A DNA stretch of 64,000 bases. Origin: Alphaproteobacteria bacterium (lineage in GTDB: Bacteria; Pseudomonadota; Alphaproteobacteria; JAAXGF01). Made by a program: the position numbers and the translations under genes. Position 1 is the first letter of the stretch; the number at the start of each line of letters is the position of its first letter. Below the pieces are notes generated by a model, which was not told the origin of the DNA, ran no database searches, and saw nothing but the letters and a program-made list of their open reading frames with translations. Of the stretch, positions 54,322-64,000 are shown piece by piece. The DNA is taken from assembly GCA_963555825.3 (NCBI GenBank), contig CAUVXB020000001.1, positions 1,472,001 to 1,536,000 on the forward strand. Direction: 5' to 3'.

Positions 54322-54738
54322 ATGCAGCGTTATTGTCCGTATCTCGTAATCATGATTTTGCTCGCGACGGGGCCGGTCTTTGCGGTCGCTCCCAACGGCG
54401 TCGATACCGTCTTGCCTTGGTCGCCCATATCGAACCATCTATGGTTAGCCGGTTCATCGAGGGAAACCACTGGCCCCGTTGGCAACCTGTCAAAGATGGA
54501 GCGGCTTGAATGGCGCATCGGGGCTGTTGTGGCTGGGGGTGAGCTGTGTGGATATTACAGCAAGGCCGCAAAGGTCAGTTCTTTCATGGCAGCATCGCCC
54601 TATTTCAAGAAAGGAATTTCCCAATCGGGGCGCTTTGATTTCGCTACAGGATGCGGCAGTTATGAAAAAGCGCTCGATAATTTGATTGGTCGAAAAAAGG
54701 ATTGGGAAACTTATTTAGCGGCAACATATTCCAGTTAA
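54322..54738 (+). CDS. hypothetical exported protein (AT-richer)
   Basis: GGAG RBS, signal-peptide-like N-terminus, Cys pair. Confidence 0.5.
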   Translation: MQRYCPYLVIMILLATGPVFAVAPNGVDTVLPWSPISNHLWLAGSSRETTGPVGNLSKMERLEWRIGAVVAGGELCGYYSKAAKVSSFMAASPYFKKGISQSGRFDFATGCGSYEKALDNLIGRKKDWETYLAATYSS

Positions 54739-54977
54739 GATACCTCGACAGCTTCCAAAGAGGATAGACGCCAGACCGCGGCGCTCGCGCCGCCGCCGGA
54801 AGAGAGTATTCCTATTGCGGAAGACGACCTGTTGACGGATGGAAACGTCAAACGAGTCGTCATGGAATTTTATAACGCTCGCAAAATAAGAAGGCCGGGC
54901 AGTTGGGCAGGCAGTTTTCGCGTGAGCAATATGGACGAAGTTGTTGAAATCACATTAAATAATATGGGGCTGTCCTA

Positions 54978-56156
54978 GTGTCCCGATTCCGAAGTTCGCA
55001 TGATTTTCGCCTGCTGTTCAGCGATTTCGATTGTTCGGAGGCAGAAGCGCTGGATGGCGCCGAGGATGTCATCGGCGGATTTGGTCCATTTGAAGGGTTT
55101 GGGGTTCTGGTTTGTCGTGTCGATGTAGTCGAGGATGGTGCGCTCCAACTCCTTGGTGGAGCGATGGACGCCGCGCCTGATCTGCTTGTCGGTCAGCAGC
55201 CCGAACCAGCGCTCGACCTGGTTCAGCCAGGAGGCGCTGGTGGGTGTGAAATGGGCCTGCCAGCGCGGCCGTTTGGCGAACCAGTCGCGGATCGCCTTGG
55301 TCTTGTGGGTCCCGTAGTTGTCCATGACGATGTGGATGTCGAGATCAGCAGGGACGTTCGCCTCGACGAGGTCGAGGAATTTGCGGAACTCTCGGGCCCG
55401 ATGGCGCGGGAAACATTTGCCGATGATCTCTCCCGTGGCGATGTCGAGGGCCGCGAAGAGAGAGGTCGTGCCGTGGCGCTTGTAGTCGTGGCTGCGCCGC
55501 TCCGCCTGCCCGGGGCGCATCGGCAAGAGGGGCTGGGAACGGTCCAGGGCCTGGATCTGGCTCTTTTCGTCGACACAGAGAACCAGGGCACGATCCGGCG
55601 GCGCCAAATACAGACCGACGATGTCGCGGACCTTCTCCACGAAGAAGGGATCGCTCGACAGCTTGAAGGTCTCCGAGCGATGCGGCTGCAAGCCGAAGGC
55701 CCGCCAGATGCGATGAATGGTCGAGGGCGCGTGGCCGCTCGCCCGCGCCATCGAGCGAAGGCTCCAATGGGTCGCGTCCGGCGGCGTCTCTTCCAGCGTC
55801 AGCCGGACCGCTTCCGCGATGGCGTCATCGCCGATTTGACGCGGCGCGCCGGGGCGGGGTTCGTCGTACAGACCGTCGAGGCCCTCCGCCGCATAGCGGC
55901 GACGCCACTTGCCCACGGTGTCCGCGCTCGCCTCGAGACGAACGGCGATCTCCTTGTTCTCCAACCCTTCCGCCGCCGCCAAGACGATCCGAGCCCGCCG
56001 CGCAAGCCCCTGCGACGTCTTGCGACGACGAGACAGCGCCTCCAATTCGGCGCGCTCGTCATCGCTCAAAGAGATCGTCACCGCCACTCTCGCCATCAAT
56101 CGCGCCTCCTAAAAACAAATAGAGACATAATCATATCAATTTATCGATCAGGACAC
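54978..56156 (-). mobile_element. IS630-family element type C, copy 2 (transposase 54975-56099)
   Basis: matches 11022-12200; CTAG at both junctions. Confidence 0.95.
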
Positions 56157-56190
56157 TAGCTAAGCGGCATGCTTAGGCTAGGATGGCGGG

Positions 56191-56329
56191 ATGTACGAGA
56201 GGAAAAGCCGGCTCAGTGATTGGAAGCGCGGTCGTCTGATTGAGCACTTCGTTGCGGGTACGACGGCTCGGGCAGCAGCCGAACTGGTTGGCGTCCACCG
56301 GAACACGGCGGCCTCGTTTTATACTCGGC
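56191..56329 (+). pseudogene. IS1595/IS1016-type transposase 5' remnant cut by IS21
   Basis: MYERKSRLSDWKRGRLIEHFVAGTTARAAAELVGVHRNTAASFYTR. Confidence 0.78.
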
Positions 56330-58899
56330 TGAGAACGGCAGAGCAATAATCCCCCACTGAAGCGGCCGGTCGATCCGGCTGCGGCGGACCAAAATGGGAC
56401 CGCGTATAGCCTTCTGTCAGGGTTGCTCTGACTGGAAGGCGGGGGGGATGTATCGGGTGGAGTTGTACGCACGGGTTCGGCGGGCGTGTCATGTCGAGGG
56501 GATGAGCACCCGCGAGGCCTCGCGGGTGTTTGGTGTAGACCGCAAGACGGTCCGTAAGATGCTGTCGTTCTCGGTGCCGCCAGGGTATCGCCGAAGCGCG
56601 CCGCCGAGGCGGCCAAAGCTGGGTCCGTTCACGGGAATCATCGATCGGATCTTGGAAGACGATCGGACCAGCCACCGCAAGCAACGGCACACTGCGAAGC
56701 GCATCTTCGACCGCCTCCGGGACGAGTACGGTTTCACGGGCGGCTACACCATCGTGAAGGACTACGTTCGTGAGCAGGGGCTTCGGTCGCGTGAGGTGTT
56801 CGTGCCACTCTCCCATTCCCCCGGTCACGCCCAGGCGGACTTCGGCGAAGCGATGGCGGTGATCGGCGGCGCGTTACGGAAGATCCACTTCCTTGCCTTC
56901 GACCTTCCCCACAGTGATGGTTGCTTTGTTGCGGCCTATCCGGCGGAGACGACCGAAGCATTCTGCGATGGCCACAACGCGGCGTTTGCCTTCTTCGGCG
57001 GCGTCCCCCGATCCATCCTGTACGACAACACCAAGCTGGCGGTTGCCCGGATCCTGGGCGATGGGAAGCGGCAGCGAACGCGCGTCTTCACGGAGCTTCA
57101 GTCCCACTATCTGTTCGAGGACAGGTTCGGCCGGCCGGGCAAGGGCAACGACAAGGGCAAGGTCGAGGGACTGGTCGGCTTCATCCGGCGGAACTTCCTG
57201 GTCCCCGTCCCGCGTGCCGAGAGCTTCGCGGCCCTCAACGATGCTCTCGCCGAACAGTGCCGCCGGCGCCAGGCGGCGCGGCTGCGGGGCCACAAGGAGA
57301 CCATCGGCGAGCGTCTCGAGCGGGATCGTCAAGTTCTCTTGCCATTGCCGCCTGCTCCCTATGATGCCTGCGATAAGCGCCCTGGACGGGCGAGTTCGCT
57401 GTCGCTGGTGCGTTACCGCAGCAACGACTATTCCGTGCCCGTGGCCTACGGCCACCGTGAGGTGCTCATCCGGGGCTACGTCGATGAGGTGGTGATCAGC
57501 TGCGGGGCCGAGGTGATCGCCCGGCACCGCCGGTCCTACGACAGCGAGGACCTGATCTTCGACCCGCTGCATTACCTGCCCTTGATCGAGCAGAAGATCG
57601 GCGCCCTCGACCAGGCCGCGCCATTGGCGGGCTGGGACCTGCCCGAGGCCTTCATCACTCTGCGGCGGCTCCTCGAAGCTCGTATGGGCAAGGCAGGCAA
57701 GCGCGAGTACGTCCAGGTGCTCCGTCTACTGGAGACCTTCCGGCTCGAGGAGGTCGAGGGTGCGGTCGGCGACGCCCTGCGGCTCGGCGCAATCGGCTTT
57801 GATGCGGTGAAGCACCTGGTACTGTGCCGCATCGAGCGGCGGCCGCCCAGGCTCAACCTCGACGTCTATCCGTATCTGCCGCGCGCCCGGGTCGCGATGA
57901 CGTCCGCCAAGTCGTACATGAGCCTGCTGTCGGGGCTCGGCGCATGACCGACACACCGCAAGTGCTGCTCGCCCACCACCTCAAGACGCTGAAGCTGCCG
58001 ACCTTCCTGCGCGAGTACGACAAGATCGCCCGGCAGTGCGCCTCGGAAGGCGTCGATCACGTCCGCTACCTGTTGAGACTCGCCGAGCTCGAGCTGATCG
58101 ACCGCGAGCGCCGCATGGTCGAGCGGCGCATCAAGGCGGCGCGCTTCCCCGTGGTCAAGAGCCTCGACAGCTTCGACTTCAAGGTCATCCCCTCGCTCAA
58201 CAAGGCGCTGGTCCTGGAGCTGGCCCGCTGCGAGTACATCGAGCGCCGCGAGAACCTCATCGCGCTCGGCAACAGTGGGACCGGCAAGACCCACATCGCC
58301 CTCGGTCTCGGCCTGGCGGCCTGCCAGAAGGGCCTCTCGGTCGGCTTCATCACCGCCGCCGCGCTGGTCCACGAACTCATCGAGGCCCGCGATGACAAGC
58401 AGCTGCTGAGGTTCCAGAAGAAGCTCGCCACCTACAAGCTTCTGATCGTCGACGAACTCGGCTTCGTGCCGCTGTCGAAGACCGGCGCCGAGCTGTTGTT
58501 CGAGGTGTTCAGCCAACGCTACGAGCGGGGCTCGACCCTGGTCACCACCAATCTGCCCTTCGACGAATGGACCGAGGTGTTCGGCTCCGAGCGCCTCACC
58601 GGCGCGCTCCTCGATCGCCTCACCCACCACGTCAACATCCTCGAGATGAACGGTGACAGCTACAGGCTCAACCAGAGCCGCAGGCGTCAAACCCCGACTG
58701 CTAACTGAACCGACCACCCAGCCCACGCTTGACCCCGTGGGCCCACAGGTCCCTCCCGCGCGCGCCGCCGCGTCAGCCTGTTGAGGGCACGCCGCGTCGC
58801 GCGCGGGGCCCTCCCGTGGACTACGGGGACAAGCCCGCAGCCGCCAAGCGGTCCCTTCTTACACCGCCGAGGTGGTCCCTTTTTGCTCCGCCATTGACA
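56330..58899 (+). mobile_element. IS21 copy 4 (istA 56448-57947, istB 57944-58708), no TSD
   Basis: 2570 bp, same length and ORF translations as copy 1. Confidence 0.96.
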
Positions 58900-59537
58900 A
58901 TGACCGGCGCGGCGCCGGCCTGGACGCCGAGGCGCGCGCCGCCGTCGACTTCGAGCTCGACTGCCTGCTTGTTGCACAGATCGAGCATCATCCGGCAGGT
59001 GACGTTGCCTTCCTTCTTCGAGCCGCCCGTCAGGTGCCGTACACCGCCCAGCGCGAGCATCTGCGAGCCGTATTCGGCGGTCGTGACATGGCCGACCTGC
59101 TCGCCCTCGCAGCGCACCGCCGCCTGCTCGGGGCCGATGTAGCGGTCGGTGTCGATCTTCATCTTGATGCCGCAGTAGCTGAAGATGCCCTCGGTCACCA
59201 CGGTCACCATGTCGACGCCGTCGTGCTCGGCGGCGACGATGAAGGGCGCCGGCTTGTAGTCGGGGTACGTGGTGCCCGAGCCGATGCCGGTCAGGAAGGC
59301 CGGCCCCTTCGAGATCAGGTCGCCGTCCCAGTCGCCGGCGAGGAACGGCACCATGCGGCCGTCCTCGTCGAGCGTCTTGCGCGCCATGACCACCGGGTCG
59401 GTGCGCGTCAACACGCCGTCGGCGTTGGCGTAGCGGTCGCAGGCGCCGGTTCGCCCGGGCCGGATGCGGCACAGCACCGGGCAGGCGTCGCAGATGACGA
59501 CGTCGTCGCGCCCGCGTTTACCGGCGGCCTCGGTCAT
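58900..59537 (-). pseudogene. 6-hydroxynicotinate reductase homolog, 3'-truncated by IS21
   Basis: ICDACPVLC...GACDRY, GSGTTYPDYKPAPFIV, VTEGIFSYCG. Confidence 0.82.
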
Positions 59538-62281
59538 GCTTCCCTCCCCGCTTCGTTGGCGAGGATGGCGGCGCGCACCCGGTCGGGTGTCGCCGGCAGG
59601 CGGCGGATGCGCGCGCCGGTGGCGTGGTGGATGGCGCCCAGGATCGCCGGTGCGGTCGGGACCAGCGCCGGCTCGCCGATGCCTTTGGCGCCGTAGGGGC
59701 CGAGTGGCTCGGCGTCATCGACCGATATGCAGTCGATCTCGGGCACGTCGCCGAAGGTCGGGATCAGATAGTCGTGCAGGTTCTCGCTGACGCCGGGGAT
59801 GTATTCCTCCATCAGCGCGAAGCCGATGCCCTGGGCGACGCCGCCGTGGATCTGTCCCTCGACCTGGACCGGATTGATCGCGCGCCCGACATCGTGCGCC
59901 GCGACGATGCGCCGCGGCTTGACGGTGCCCAGCTCGACGTCGACCTCGACCTCGGCGATCTGCGCGGCGAAGCCGTAGGTCGCGTAAGGCACCCCCTGCC
60001 CTTCGGCGTCGAGCGTCGTGGTCGGCGGGTCGAAATGCCCCTCGCCGAGCAGCACGTCGCCGTTGGCGTCCTCGGCCAATCCGGCGAGATCGATGGCGCG
60101 GCCGGCGTCGCCCTCGCGCACCACGACCCGGCCGTCACCGATCTCGATGGCCGCGGCGTCGCCGGTGTTGGCGAGGCGCAGGATCTGCCCGCGTAGGTTG
60201 AGACCAGCCAACTCGGCGGCCTTGCCGGAGACGAAGGCTTGGCGCGACGCCGAGGTCTTGCCGGCGTCGGCGGTCCGATCGGTATCGCCCATGACCAGCG
60301 CGAACAGCGCCATCTCGACACCCAACGCGTCGGCGCAGATCTGCGTCATGATCGTGTTGGAGCCCTGGCCGATGTCGACCGCGCCGTTGTACAGCGTGAG
60401 CGTGCCGTCGCGCTTCAGCCCGACGCGCATGGTCGACGGGTTCGACAGCGAGGTGTTGCCGATGCCGTACCACATGCAGCCGATGCCGACGCCCTGCCGC
60501 AGGCTCGTCGCGCCCGCGTTGAAGGCTTCGGCCGCCGCGCGGCGCTCGCGCCATTGGGGCTTGAGCGCCTCGAGGCAGGCGACCAGGCCGCAGCTCGCCT
60601 CGAGCGTCTGGCCGGTCGCCGTCGTGTCGCCCGCGCGGATCGCGTTGATCAGGCGGAACTCGAGCGGATCGATGTCGAGCCGCTCGGCGAGTTCGTCGAT
60701 CAGACCCTCGTGGACCAGCGCGCCCTGCGGCACGCCGAAGCCACGGAAGGCGCCACTCGGCGGCGCGTTGGTGTAGATCGCCCGGCCGCGCGCCTCGATC
60801 GCCGGTACGCGGTAGGGCCCGGTGGCGTGGACCGGCACCCGGTTGGCCACGGTCGGCCCCCATGAGGCATAGGCGCCGGTGTCGAAGTCGGCATGGAACG
60901 CGAGCCCGGTCAGCCGGCCGTCGTGCGTGCAGCCCATCCGTCCGGTCATACGCGCCGGGTGGCGCTTGGTCGTCGCGGCCATCGATTCGGGCCGCGTGTA
61001 GACGGCGCGCACGGGCCGATTCAACAGCCAGGCGGCGATCGCGACGATCGGTTGCAGCGAGACGTCGAGCTTGCCGCCGAAACCGCCGCCGCAGGCGCTC
61101 GGGATAATGCGTACCCGGTCCGGCGCGACGCCCAGGACGCGGGCGACCTCCTCGCGGTCCATGTAGGGCGCCTGGGTGCACGCGCCGACCTCGATGCGAT
61201 CGCCGACGCGCCGCGCATAGCCCGCCTCGGGCTCGATATAGGCGTGCTCGACAGAGCCGGTCTCGAAATGGCCTTCGGCGACGACGTCCGACGCCGCAAG
61301 CGCGGCCTCGACGTCGCCGCGGCGCACCAGCCCCTCGATCAGCACGTTGCCGGGTTTGTCGGCGTGGAGCCGCGGCGCGCCCGGCAACATTGCCGCGTCG
61401 ATGCCCACGATCGGCTCGAGCACCCGCCAGTCGATCGGCACCTCCTCGTCGCGGATCGCCGTGACCGTCGCCTGGTCGCCGACCAGCGCGACCGCCGGAT
61501 CGCCACGGTAGCGCACGTAGCCGTCGGCCAGCACCGGCTGGTCCTTGATGTCGGGATAGATGCCGAAGCCGTTGAGGCCCGGCACGTCGGCCGCACTCAG
61601 AACGCGCACCAGGCCAGGGTGGCGCGCGAAGACGTCGTCGAAGGCGCCCAGCGTGAAGCGCGCATGGGCGTGCGGCGAGCGCACCAAACGGAGCCACAAG
61701 GCGTCGGCCAGCGCGACGTCGTCAGCGAACATCTCGGCGCCGGTCAGCTTGGCGATGCCGTCGGTCTTGGGCACCCGCGCGCCGACCGCGCATCCGGCAG
61801 GCGGCATCGGCGAAGCTACCGTGCCGGCGACGTCGAGCACGGCGTCGACGATCTTGCGATAGCCGGTACAGCGGCACAGTACGCCACCCAGCGCGTCGAC
61901 CGCCTCGGCCTCGGTCGGCCGGGGTTTGCGCCGCAACAACTCGGTCGCCGCCATTAGCATGCCCGGCGTGCAGATGCCGCATTGCGCCGTGCCGTGCCGG
62001 TGGAACGCCTGCTGCAGGTCGGACAAGCCGCCGCTTCCGCCGAGCCCCTCGACGGTGACCACGTCGCGCCCCGCGACCTGACCGACCGGGACCATGCAGG
62101 CGCAGACCTGAGCGCCGTCGAGCAATACCGTGCAGGCGCCGCAATCGCCGGCGTCGCAGCCGATCTTGGTGCCGGTGAGCCCGGCCTCGCGCCGCAGCAC
62201 GGTAGCGAGCCGCTCGATCGGCCGCGCCTCGACTAACGTGGTCTCGCCATTCAGGGTGAAGCGCAGGCTCTGCGTGTTCAT
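59534..62281 (-). CDS. xanthine/nicotinate dehydrogenase-family protein, fused 2x[2Fe-2S] + molybdopterin subunit
   Basis: GCDAGDCGAC, QCGICTPG, CRCTGY; GGGFGGK, AFRGFG, AKGIGE. Confidence 0.92.
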   Translation of the reverse strand: MNTQSLRFTLNGETTLVEARPIERLATVLRREAGLTGTKIGCDAGDCGACTVLLDGAQVCACMVPVGQVAGRDVVTVEGLGGSGGLSDLQQAFHRHGTAQCGICTPGMLMAATELLRRKPRPTEAEAVDALGGVLCRCTGYRKIVDAVLDVAGTVASPMPPAGCAVGARVPKTDGIAKLTGAEMFADDVALADALWLRLVRSPHAHARFTLGAFDDVFARHPGLVRVLSAADVPGLNGFGIYPDIKDQPVLADGYVRYRGDPAVALVGDQATVTAIRDEEVPIDWRVLEPIVGIDAAMLPGAPRLHADKPGNVLIEGLVRRGDVEAALAASDVVAEGHFETGSVEHAYIEPEAGYARRVGDRIEVGACTQAPYMDREEVARVLGVAPDRVRIIPSACGGGFGGKLDVSLQPIVAIAAWLLNRPVRAVYTRPESMAATTKRHPARMTGRMGCTHDGRLTGLAFHADFDTGAYASWGPTVANRVPVHATGPYRVPAIEARGRAIYTNAPPSGAFRGFGVPQGALVHEGLIDELAERLDIDPLEFRLINAIRAGDTTATGQTLEASCGLVACLEALKPQWRERRAAAEAFNAGATSLRQGVGIGCMWYGIGNTSLSNPSTMRVGLKRDGTLTLYNGAVDIGQGSNTIMTQICADALGVEMALFALVMGDTDRTADAGKTSASRQAFVSGKAAELAGLNLRGQILRLANTGDAAAIEIGDGRVVVREGDAGRAIDLAGLAEDANGDVLLGEGHFDPPTTTLDAEGQGVPYATYGFAAQIAEVEVDVELGTVKPRRIVAAHDVGRAINPVQVEGQIHGGVAQGIGFALMEEYIPGVSENLHDYLIPTFGDVPEIDCISVDDAEPLGPYGAKGIGEPALVPTAPAILGAIHHATGARIRRLPATPDRVRAAILANEAGREA

Positions 62282-63120
62282 GACTGGCCACCGAGCCGGT
62301 CGAGCGCGCGGCGCACCAGGGTCAGCGCGGCGTCGGCGCGATAGGTGGCGGGTCCGCGTACATCGTCGATCGGGCTGAGCGAAGCGAGATGCGCCGCCGT
62401 CACGGCCGCGCCCAGCGTGCCGTCGAGCGGCCGGCCGATCAGCTCGGCCTCGAGGCCGTCCAGACGCCGCGCGACCTCGGAGCAGGCGCCGACCGCGATC
62501 CGCGCGGCGGCGACGGCGCCATCGTCGGTCGTCTCGACGCTGGCCGCGACCATGACGATCGAGATTACCAGATACTTGCGCGCGCCGAGCTTGACGAAGG
62601 TCGAGCGGGCGCTCGGCGCCAGCTTGGGCACCAGGACGGCGGTAACCATCTCGCCGCGGGCGAGGACCGTGCGCCGGTTGCCGGTAATGAATTGGCCGAG
62701 CGGCACGCGGCGCACGCCGCCCGCCGACGCGACCTCGACCTCGGCGTCGAGCGTCAGCAGCGGCGGCACGCCGTCGGCCGCGGGCGAGGCGTTGCACAGG
62801 TTGCCGCAGACAGTGCCGGCGTTCTGGATTTGCATGCCGCCGACTTCGCGCGCGGCGAGCTTGAGGCCATCGAAGCAGGGCGGCAGATCGGCGGCGATCA
62901 GTTCGCTCCAGCGCGCCAGCGCGCCGATCCGGTAGTGCTCGCCGTCCAGGGCGATGCCGCGCAGCGCGACGATATCGGTGATGTCGAGGACGTCGTCGTC
63001 GAGCGCCCGGCCGACCCGCGCCGGGTAGAAATCGGTGCCGCCCGCGACGATCGTCAGGGGCGCGGCGCCAAGCGCGTCGAGCGCTTGGGACAACTCAGCC
63101 GGCCGCAGGTAGCTTGCCAT
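62278..63120 (-). CDS. xanthine dehydrogenase-family FAD-binding subunit
   Basis: AGGTD, QIQNAGTVCGNLCNASPAAD, PIDDVR. Confidence 0.93.
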   Translation of the reverse strand: MASYLRPAELSQALDALGAAPLTIVAGGTDFYPARVGRALDDDVLDITDIVALRGIALDGEHYRIGALARWSELIAADLPPCFDGLKLAAREVGGMQIQNAGTVCGNLCNASPAADGVPPLLTLDAEVEVASAGGVRRVPLGQFITGNRRTVLARGEMVTAVLVPKLAPSARSTFVKLGARKYLVISIVMVAASVETTDDGAVAAARIAVGACSEVARRLDGLEAELIGRPLDGTLGAAVTAAHLASLSPIDDVRGPATYRADAALTLVRRALDRLGGQS

Positions 63121-63211
63121 CGAAGGCGCCGTTCACCATTGCGAAAAATCGTTCGTGTACATATGAATTTCGCTTAACCTCGCCGAATTTGTCAAGCTCT
63201 GATCCTCCGGA

Positions 63212-64000
63212 TTACTCGAAGGGCCTGCCGAAATAGGTCGCGAGCCACAGCCCGAGCAGGTAGAGGCTGATCAGCGACTGGGCGCCGGAGACGACGCGCA
63301 CCCAGCCCGTCGCGCGCAGCACGAAGCCGCGCGGCTGCAGGCGGGCGAGCCAGCCGTCGACGGCGATGTCGCGCCAGCCGATGTGCAGCGCCGAAAACAC
63401 GCTGAAATAGAGCGCGTGGCGCAACGTGGCTGCACCCGAGGCGTGCAGTCGTTCGACGGCGACATCGCGTGTCAGGGTCGGATCGACGCCACCGTCGATG
63501 CGACCGTCGGGCCACAGCCGGTAGATACCGCCTCCCGCGTCCCTGGCGATGGCGGCGGCGTAGACGACCGCCAGGACAAGCGCGAGGACGGCGGCGACGA
63601 CGAGGGCGCGCAGCGGATAGAAGCCATAGCCCGTCGTCCACTCGAACAGCACCAGGCGCAGGGCGCCCTTGATCCCCGCCACGACATCCTTCTCGCCGCG
63701 CGTCAAGGCATGGCGTGTGATGCCGCCCTCGATCGCGAAGGTCGCGGCGCGTTCGAGGTCGCGAAGGCCCGCCTCGCGCAGCAGGGCGCGAAGCCTCACC
63801 AGCGCGCCCGACTTGCCCGGCGCGAAGCGCACCGTCTCGAGGCCGCGCAGGCCCGTGAGATAGCCCCCCGCCGGCGCGAGATCGGGCTGGTAGACGGCGC
63901 CGGTCAGGTCGGCGTCGGCCAGCTTGGCGCCGCCGAGCGTCATCTGGGTCAGCGTCGCGCCGCTCAAATCGGCGCCCCTGAGATCGGCGTCGTCGAGCCG
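63212..64000 (-). CDS. pentapeptide-repeat membrane protein (5' end outside window)
   Basis: ADLRGADLSGATL..AKLADADLTGA repeats; TM-ALYFS-TM C-terminus. Confidence 0.78.
   Translation of the reverse strand, partial: RLDDADLRGADLSGATLTQMTLGGAKLADADLTGAVYQPDLAPAGGYLTGLRGLETVRFAPGKSGALVRLRALLREAGLRDLERAATFAIEGGITRHALTRGEKDVVAGIKGALRLVLFEWTTGYGFYPLRALVVAAVLALVLAVVYAAAIARDAGGGIYRLWPDGRIDGGVDPTLTRDVAVERLHASGAATLRHALYFSVFSALHIGWRDIAVDGWLARLQPRGFVLRATGWVRVVSGAQSLISLYLLGLWLATYFGRPFE

Noticed and set aside
47576-58899. IS21 composite transposon
   Set aside because: Outer flanks (CACAAT / ATGACC) are not a direct repeat and interrupt two unrelated genes.
63152-63167. Operator-like dyad TTCGTGTACATATGAA upstream of the Mo-hydroxylase operon
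   Set aside because: Only 5 of 8 positions pair and no cognate regulator is nearby; too weak to call.
1-64000. tRNA, rRNA, integron integrase or prophage genes
   Set aside because: None recognised by eye; a tRNAscan/Rfam run would be needed to exclude small RNAs.

Overview
GC-rich alphaproteobacterial chromosome segment (zeta-subunit gene, Grx4/BolA next to purL, GANTC-rich IS ends). The backbone carries the purine genes (purB, purC, purS, purQ, purL) plus grxD/bolA, a thioesterase, a REC-PAS-PilZ protein, several oxidoreductases and a Mo-hydroxylase/6-hydroxynicotinate reductase cluster. About 17 IS elements or remnants from 8 families (IS630 of three types, IS21 x4, IS3, IS256, IS1182-like, ISKra4, IS1595/IS1016, IS110/IS1111) span roughly 27 kb by my hand-mapped ends, often nested, and disrupt many accessory genes. 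Main observations: (1) an IS1111-group element whose 3' non-coding end holds readable bridge/seekRNA guides matching both its own circle junction and its exact target inside IS21 istA; (2) arrays of degenerate ~33-bp palindromes with ~47-bp periodicity at four separate borders of AT-richer cargo; (3) a MITE nested in a MITE; (4) a PurC with substitutions at normally conserved nucleotide-binding residues; (5) two duplications that may be assembly artefacts. All coordinates were counted by hand and may be off by a few bases.
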